Shown here: piece after piece, positions 58,241 to 64,000 of the stretch | Layout: every line of letters begins with the position of its first letter | Numbering within the stretch: position 1 is the stretch's first letter | Source: Alphaproteobacteria bacterium | GTDB taxonomy: Bacteria > Pseudomonadota > Alphaproteobacteria > Bin95 | Assembly: GCA_964291285.2 (NCBI GenBank) | Contig: OZ219785.1 | Coordinates: 864,001-928,000 of the forward strand | Length of the DNA stretch: 64,000 nt | Direction: 5' to 3' | Translations under genes and position numbers: made by a program | Notes under the pieces: model-generated | What the model was told of the DNA's origin: nothing | Seen by the model: only the letters and a program-made list of their open reading frames with translations | Databases searched by the model: none

Positions 58241-59692
58241 GATCGTGCCCCCGCGGGTGGTGTAAGAGCCTGGCGTCCGTAGCGGTGTCCGGCGGGTAGG
58301 GCCGGAACGCTCAGGCTGCCACGGCGGGCAACTTGACGGTTGTATTGTCGCTCACGGGAGCGATGGATTCCAGCGTCATGTATCTGGCTCTCTGGACTGC
58401 CCATTCATCGTTCTGCTCGAGCAGGATTGCGCCGATCAGCCGGGTGATGGCGTCCTCGTTGGGGAAGATGCCGACGGTGTTTGTGCGCCGCTTGATCTCG
58501 CCGTGGAGGCGTTCGAGCGGGTTTGTCGAGTGCAGCTTGGCGCGGTGCGCGGCCGGGAAGGTCATGTAGGCGAGAACATCGTGCTCGGCCTCGTCCATGA
58601 TGGCGGCGAGCTTTGGCGCCTTGGGCCTGAGCTGGTCGGCGACCTGGCGCCACTGGGCGGAGGCGCTGTCTGCATCCTCCTGGGCGAAGGCGGTAGTGAC
58701 GAAGGCGGAGACGACGCGCCGGCCCTGCTTGCCGGCATGGGCGAGCAGGTTGCGCATGAAGTGGACGCGGCATCTCTGCCAGGTGGCGCCGAAGATGCGG
58801 GTGGCGGCGGCCTTCAGGCCCTTGTGGTCGTCGGAGATCACCAGCTTGACGCCGCGCAGGCCGCGGCGGGCGAGCGAGCGCAGGAAGTCGGTCCAGAAGG
58901 TCTCGGCCTCGGACGCGCCGATCGCCATGCCGAGCACCTCGCGCCGGCCCTGATCGTTGACCGCCACCGCGATGGTGACCGCGACCGAGACGACGCGCCC
59001 GGCCTCGCGCATCTTCACATAGGTCGCGTCAAGCCAGAGATACGGCCAGTCGCCCTCCAGCGGCCGGTCGAGGAAGTCGCGGATCTTGTCGTCGATCTCG
59101 CCGCACAGCCGCGACACCTGGCTCTTGGAGATGCCCGACATGCCCATCGCCTGCACCAGGTCGTCCACCGAGCGGGTCGATACGCCCTTGATGTAGGCCT
59201 CCTGGATCACCGCCGTCAGCGCCTTCTCCGCCATCCGCCGCGGTTCAAGGAAGCCCGGGAAGTAGCTCCCCTTGCGCAGCTTCGGGATCTTCAGTTCGAC
59301 CGTGCCGGCCCGCGTCTCCCAGACCCGGTCCCGGTAGCCGTTGCGCTGCGTGATCCGGTCCGGCGAGCGCTCGCCGTGCGCGGCGCCCGCAAGGCCCTCA
59401 ACCTCAAGCGCCATCAGACGCGCGGCCGTGAACCCGATCATCTCGCGAAGCAGGTCGGCGTCGGAACTCTTCTCCAACAGCGCCCGCAGGGTCATCATGT
59501 CGGTGGTGGTCATCGTGGTACTCCTCCGGTCAGGTGGACTGTGACAGCCCAACCCTAACCGGCACCGCGATGGCCTCCGCTGTGGGTAAGTGGCCCGCCG
59601 CCGCCTGACTCCAGACGGTCGCGGCGGCGGGCCACTTACCCACAGCTACCACCGGAAGCTTCAGCTCCTACACCACCCCTGGGGACACGACC
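58241..59692 (-). mobile_element. IS256-family element, copy 2 (1452 bp, opposite orientation)
   Basis: Same ends as copy 1; 8-bp duplication CCCATGTC (58233-58240, 59693-59700). Confidence 0.92.
58311..59513 (-). CDS. IS256-family transposase
   Basis: Near-identical to 53000-54202 with a few substitutions. Confidence 0.95.
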   Translation of the reverse strand: MTTTDMMTLRALLEKSSDADLLREMIGFTAARLMALEVEGLAGAAHGERSPDRITQRNGYRDRVWETRAGTVELKIPKLRKGSYFPGFLEPRRMAEKALTAVIQEAYIKGVSTRSVDDLVQAMGMSGISKSQVSRLCGEIDDKIRDFLDRPLEGDWPYLWLDATYVKMREAGRVVSVAVTIAVAVNDQGRREVLGMAIGASEAETFWTDFLRSLARRGLRGVKLVISDDHKGLKAAATRIFGATWQRCRVHFMRNLLAHAGKQGRRVVSAFVTTAFAQEDADSASAQWRQVADQLRPKAPKLAAIMDEAEHDVLAYMTFPAAHRAKLHSTNPLERLHGEIKRRTNTVGIFPNEDAITRLIGAILLEQNDEWAVQRARYMTLESIAPVSDNTTVKLPAVAA

Positions 59693-60183
59693 CCCATGTC
59701 GGGCTGGCGGTAACGCGGAAGCTGCCGGTTCGCCCCGACCGGGCCGCGTCCAGAACCTCTTCGGCAGCCTCGATTTCCCGCAGAATGCGCCTTGCGAGGC
59801 CGCTGGCGGTATCGCCCAGCGCGGTCAGGCGCACGCCATGGGGCAGGCGTTCGAACAGCCGGCCCCCGAATTGGCGCTCAAGCCGGGCGATGACGCGGGT
59901 GAGCGCCGGTTGGGTGATCGCCAGCCTGTCGGCCGCCGTCGCGATCCTGCCCGCTTCAACGACTGCAAGGAACCGGACCAGATCGCTGCGTTTCTCGAAC
60001 ATGTTACGATTCAGCGAGTAACCCGGACGAACAAATTCGTAGAATGCGGAACATGTATTGCCTGACCATCCAGCATCGAACCCGCGCGCCGGTTTGCGGA
60101 CCAAAGAGCAGGCTTGTCGCCGGAAGCCCGATACGGCGCACACTTAAAACCGATTGAATAAAGGACTGAAAACCGAAATGTAA

Positions 60184-60219
60184 ATGCCGGAACGGTAAAA
60201 GTCCATGCCGGAAGTGCAT
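60184..60219. promoter_or_regulatory. Putative LysR binding site
   Basis: ATGC-N7-GCAT (60205-60219, T-N11-A type) with an ATGCCGGAA direct repeat at 60184, in an AT-richer region upstream of the lysR gene. Confidence 0.45.
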
Positions 60220-60438
60220 AGGCTGCAATCTGCCGTCGTTATGCTCCGGATTCGTTCATTCCTGATTTAAATCAGATCCCCCTGTCTGCCCTCGGGCGGG
60301 CCGGGGGTCCGGCATGCGCTCAAATGCCGCTGTTCAAGCTGCGCCCGCGGCAGGCCCGAAGAACGGATAGCGGCAATTCCTCGGTCCCGTCGCCGCTGCG
60401 TTCGGAAAGCCTGCGCCGCCGGGACGCCGCCTCCGGGG

Positions 60439-61200
60439 TCAGCCGCGCATGGAGTCGAAGCCCGCCCTGGCCGCCTGGAGGAGAAGGCTCGCATCGGTGC
60501 CGTAGCAGATGAAATCCACGCCCTCGCCGATCAGGCGCCGGCCGTCTTCCGGCGATCCAACCAGGCGGCCGATGCTCTTGCCGGCGCCGTGGGCCGCCGC
60601 GACGATACGCTCATGGGCGGCAACAAAGTCCGGGTGGTCGAACGCGCCCGGCACGCCCAGGCTGCAGCTCAGGTCGAAATGGCCGATCCAGAGCAGGTCC
60701 ACCTGGGGCAGGGCGGCGATGGCCTCGACGTTCTCGACGCCCTCCGCCGTCTCGATCAGCGGGATGCAGACGGTGCGGGCGTTGGCGGCGGCGAGCGCCT
60801 CTGCCGGCGGCCCGGCGGCATAGCGGTCGTGGGCGATGCCGAGCGCCACGCCGCGTACGCCGTCGGGCGGGTATTTCATGTAGCCCGCCAGCTCCCGCAC
60901 CTCCTCGGCCGACCCGGCCATCGGCAGCAGCAGCCCTTCCGCGCCGGCGTCGAGCGCGGTCGCGATGTCGGGGTAGGTCTTGCCCGCCCGGCGCACGAAA
61001 TGCGGCATGCCGGCGGCTTCCAGGTAGCGCAGGATGCGCTTCAGACCCTCGATGCCGATGCCGCTGTGCTCGCAATCGACGAAGACGAAATCCGCCCCCG
61101 CCGCCCGGTAGATATGGCCGATGCCGGGGCTCTCGAACTCCATGATGCAGGCGCCGAGCTTGACGCCCCGGTGCCCGGCCATTTCTTTCAGGCTCGCCAT
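60439..61200 (-). CDS. HpcH/HpaI aldolase family protein
   Basis: FVDCEH, LDAGA.G, YPP.G.RG, IET..GV.N, IG.FDLS.S.G. Confidence 0.88.
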   Translation of the reverse strand: MASLKEMAGHRGVKLGACIMEFESPGIGHIYRAAGADFVFVDCEHSGIGIEGLKRILRYLEAAGMPHFVRRAGKTYPDIATALDAGAEGLLLPMAGSAEEVRELAGYMKYPPDGVRGVALGIAHDRYAAGPPAEALAAANARTVCIPLIETAEGVENVEAIAALPQVDLLWIGHFDLSCSLGVPGAFDHPDFVAAHERIVAAAHGAGKSIGRLVGSPEDGRRLIGEGVDFICYGTDASLLLQAARAGFDSMRG

Positions 61201-61274
61201 AGCGGCCCCCCATGTTGCAGGCTTGTGCGCTACGCTATCCCGGAAGCCGGGACGGGGGAAAGGCGGGAGAGGCC

Positions 61275-62024
61275 ATGACGGCGCGATACGACTTCACGAA
61301 CCAGACGGCCATAGTCACAGGCGGGGCGCGCGGCATCGGCCTTGCGATAGCGCACCGCCTGCATTGCGACGGCGCGGCTGTTGCGGTCTGGGACATGGAT
61401 GCGGCGGCGGGCGAGGCGGCCGCGGCCGGACTCGGCGGGCGGGCGGCCGCCTTCGCCGTCGATGTGACGGACTACGCCGCCGTCGAGGCCGCGCTCGCGG
61501 CGACGGAAGCCCGGCTCGGCCCGGTCTCGATCCTCTGCAACAATGCCGGCATCGCGGGGCCGGCCGGGCCCGCCTGGGACTATGCGCTCGAGGACTGGCA
61601 CGCCGTCATCGACCTGGACCTGAACGGCGTCTATTACGGCTGCCGCGCCGCCCTGCCGGGGATGATGCGACGCGGTTACGGGCGCATCGTCAACACCGCC
61701 TCCATCGCCGGCAAGGAGGGCAACGCCAACGCCGCCGCCTACAGCGCCGCCAAGGCGGCCGTCATCGGGCTCACCAAGTCGCTCGGCAAGGAGACGGTGG
61801 GAACCGGCGTGCTGGTCAATTGCGTCGCCCCGGCGGCGGTCGAAACGGACATCTTCAAGCAGATCACCGAGGCGCATATCGAGATGATGCGCTCCAAGAT
61901 CCCGATGGGCCGCTTCGGCACCGTCGAGGAGGTGGCCAACATCATCGCCTGGCTCTGCTCGTCGGAATGCAGCTTCCAGACCGGGGCCGTCTTCGACGTA
62001 TCCGGCGGCCGCGCGACCTATTAG
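61275..62024 (+). CDS. Short-chain dehydrogenase/reductase
   Basis: TGGARGIG, NNAG, YSAAK, KIPMGRFG. Confidence 0.92.
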   Translation: MTARYDFTNQTAIVTGGARGIGLAIAHRLHCDGAAVAVWDMDAAAGEAAAAGLGGRAAAFAVDVTDYAAVEAALAATEARLGPVSILCNNAGIAGPAGPAWDYALEDWHAVIDLDLNGVYYGCRAALPGMMRRGYGRIVNTASIAGKEGNANAAAYSAAKAAVIGLTKSLGKETVGTGVLVNCVAPAAVETDIFKQITEAHIEMMRSKIPMGRFGTVEEVANIIAWLCSSECSFQTGAVFDVSGGRATY

Positions 62025-62112
62025 AGCGCGCCCCGTCCAGGCTGAGACGGCAGGGATGGGCCCCGGATCGCAGTCCGGGGCGACGATAGCTGGGCCCGGA
62101 GCGAAATCCGGC

Positions 62113-62892
62113 TCAGCGGTGCTGCCAGACGGGCTCGCGCTTGGCGATGAAGGCATCGACGCCCTCTTCGGCGTCGCGCATCTCCATGTTCGCCGCGATG
62201 ACGCCGCTGGTGTAGTCGTAGGCCTCGTCGAGCTCCATTTCTAGCTGGCGGTAGAAGGCTTCCTTGCCGATCTTGACCACCGCGCCCGACTTGCCGGCGA
62301 TCTTCGCGGCAAGCGCCTGCGTCTCGGCCCTGAGTTCGGCGGCCGGCACCACCCGGTTGACGAGGCCGAAGCGCCGCGCCGTCCCGGCATCCATGAGGTC
62401 GCCGGTCAGCAGCATCTCCATGGCGTGCTTGCGCGATACCACACGGGAGAGCGCCACCATCGGCGTCGAGCAGAACAGGCCGATATTGACGCCGGGCGTG
62501 GCGAAGCGGGCGTCCTCGCTTGCAATGGCGAGGTCGCAGCTCGCGACCAGCTGGCAGCCGGCCGCGGTCGCGATGCCGTGGACGCTGGCGATCACGGGCT
62601 GGGGCTGGCGCACGATGCGCGTCATCAGCCGGCTGCATTCGGCGAACAGCAGGTCGTAGAAGGCGCGGTCGGGCCGCGCGCGGATTTCCTTCAGGTCGTG
62701 CCCGGCGCAGTAGCCGGGGCCGTTGGCGGCAATCACCACGGCGCGCACCGAGCGGTCCTCGCCGATCTCCTCCAGCGCCGAGGACAGCGCCGCGATCATC
62801 GGGCGGGACAGCGCATTGCGCTGCGCCGGCCGGTTCAGCGTCAGGGTGGCGACGGCGTCCGCATCGTCGCGCAACAGGATCGGCTCGCTCAT
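62113..62892 (-). CDS. Enoyl-CoA hydratase (ECHDC3-like)
   Basis: LTLNRP, CAGHDLKE, ATAAGCQLVASCDLA, TPGVNIGLFCSTP. Confidence 0.9.
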   Translation of the reverse strand: MSEPILLRDDADAVATLTLNRPAQRNALSRPMIAALSSALEEIGEDRSVRAVVIAANGPGYCAGHDLKEIRARPDRAFYDLLFAECSRLMTRIVRQPQPVIASVHGIATAAGCQLVASCDLAIASEDARFATPGVNIGLFCSTPMVALSRVVSRKHAMEMLLTGDLMDAGTARRFGLVNRVVPAAELRAETQALAAKIAGKSGAVVKIGKEAFYRQLEMELDEAYDYTSGVIAANMEMRDAEEGVDAFIAKREPVWQHR

Positions 62893-62929
62893 GGCTTCGG
62901 TCTCCCGGCGGCAAACGGGCCGCGGCTCG

Positions 62930-62957
62930 TTGACAGGCGCTCTGATGCCGCTATGTT
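62930..62957 (+). promoter_or_regulatory. sigma70 promoter of rplM-rpsI
   Basis: TTGACA (62930-62935), 16 bp spacer, GC-TATGTT. Confidence 0.6.
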
Positions 62958-62991
62958 GCGCCGCCCAAGCCGCTCCAGGGAAGAGTGACGG

Positions 62992-63453
62992 ATGAACACA
63001 TACTCCGCCAGGCCGGCAGACGTCGAGCGGAAATGGTGGCTGATCGACGCCGACGGGCTGGTGCTCGGCCGCCTCGCCTCCATCGTCGCCATGCGGCTGC
63101 GCGGCAAGCACAAGGCGCTGTACACGCCGCATATCGACTGCGGCGACCATGTCGTCGTCGTCAACGCGGACAAGGTGGCGCTGACCGGCGCGAAGGAAGA
63201 CGACAAGGTCTATAACTGGCACACCGGCTATCCGGGCGGCATCCGCTCGCGGACGGTGCGCGAGCAGCGCGCCCGGCGCCCCGAGCAGATCGTCGTCAAG
63301 GCCGTCGAACGGATGCTGCCCAAGACGAAGCTCGGCCGGCAGGTCATCTCGAAGCTGCATGTCTATGCGGGCCCCGAGCACCGCCATGCCGGCCAGAAGC
63401 CCGCGCCGCTCGACATCGCCGCCATGAACCCCAAGAACGCCAGGAGGGCCTGA
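62992..63453 (+). CDS. rplM: 50S ribosomal protein L13
   Basis: W.LIDA..LGRLAS, LRGKHK..YTPH.DCGD, HTGYPGG, MLPK. Confidence 0.98.
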   Translation: MNTYSARPADVERKWWLIDADGLVLGRLASIVAMRLRGKHKALYTPHIDCGDHVVVVNADKVALTGAKEDDKVYNWHTGYPGGIRSRTVREQRARRPEQIVVKAVERMLPKTKLGRQVISKLHVYAGPEHRHAGQKPAPLDIAAMNPKNARRA

Positions 63454-63458
63454 AGGCC

Positions 63459-63953
63459 ATGGCCGAGGACACCCGCGCGCTCGCCGACCTGAAGCAGGTC
63501 CTCGAAGGCGAGGAGGCGCCCGAGCGCCCGGCCCCGGCCGCCCCCGCGGCGCCGGAGATCGACAATTTCGGGCGGGCCTACGCCACGGGCAAGCGCAAGG
63601 AGTCGGTGGCGCGCGTCTGGATCCGCCCCGGCGCCGGCCGGGTGACGGTGAACGGCAGGCCGGAGGACACCTATTTCCCGCGGCCGACCCACCGCATGCT
63701 GATCGCCCAGCCCTTCGTCGCGGTGAACCGCACGAACCAGTATGACGTTATCTGCACGGTGCGCGGCGGCGGCCAGTCCGGCCAGGCCGGCGCGGTGCGC
63801 CACGGCATCGCCAAGGCGCTCACCTGCTTCGAGCCGGGCTTGCGCCCGGCGCTCAAGCAGGGCGGGTTCCTGACCCGCGATGCGCGCCGCGTCGAGCGCA
63901 AGAAATACGGCAAGCCGAAGGCGCGGCGCAGCTTCCAGTTCTCGAAACGGTAG
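63459..63953 (+). CDS. rpsI: 30S ribosomal protein S9
   Basis: [43 protein letters not shown]. Confidence 0.98.
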   Translation: MAEDTRALADLKQVLEGEEAPERPAPAAPAAPEIDNFGRAYATGKRKESVARVWIRPGAGRVTVNGRPEDTYFPRPTHRMLIAQPFVAVNRTNQYDVICTVRGGGQSGQAGAVRHGIAKALTCFEPGLRPALKQGGFLTRDARRVERKKYGKPKARRSFQFSKR

Positions 63954-64000
63954 CGCCATTCCGGCGCGGGGGTCCGCGCCAGAGGGAAGGGAGAGCGCCT

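Larger units (their letters stand above)
57643..60002 (-). pseudogene. LysR-type regulator split by IS256
   Basis: HTH AADRLAITQPALTRVIARLE..G.RLFER; removing the IS and one TSD rejoins ...VTASPTW|VETVVPAALARF..., 299 aa. Confidence 0.88.

Noticed and set aside
52821-59692. A composite transposon that arrived as one unit
   Set aside because: Each IS256 has its own distinct target duplication and splits a different gene.
1-64000. tRNA, rRNA, integrase or prophage genes
   Set aside because: None recognised by eye; no att-type repeat found at the island borders. A tRNAscan/Infernal run would be needed to exclude small RNAs.

Overview
GC-rich alphaproteobacterial chromosome segment (Rhodospirillales-like gene order; taxonomy is inference). 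It contains the probable replication origin between dnaQ-coaE-aroE-maf-ppsR (minus) and hemE-hemH-hemJ (plus), several catabolic clusters (amidohydrolase/carbamoylase/hydantoinases/Mo-hydroxylase, ferredoxin plus two tandem P450s, TauD/TfdA-MmgE-TRAP), five intact-ended IS elements (IS701, IS5, IS1634, two IS256) and rplM-rpsI. The most striking region is a defence-like island at about 33.4-40.6 kb: a translationally coupled cysteine desulfurase (dndA-like), dndC and DUF262/DUF1524 (GmrSD/SspE-type) operon with no dndD/dndE or sspB/sspC in the window. It converges on a GIY-YIG plus DGQHR (DndB-like) pair whose DGQHR gene is split by an IS5 element, and diverges from a stand-alone IS630-type HTH gene with a LexA-box-like site. 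Other notable items: a secreted 20-Cys [10 protein letters not shown]-repeat peptide, an in-frame coxM::coxS deletion scar, and an Arg-rich leader ORF before a GNAT gene. All calls come from reading motifs by eye; no database searches were run.
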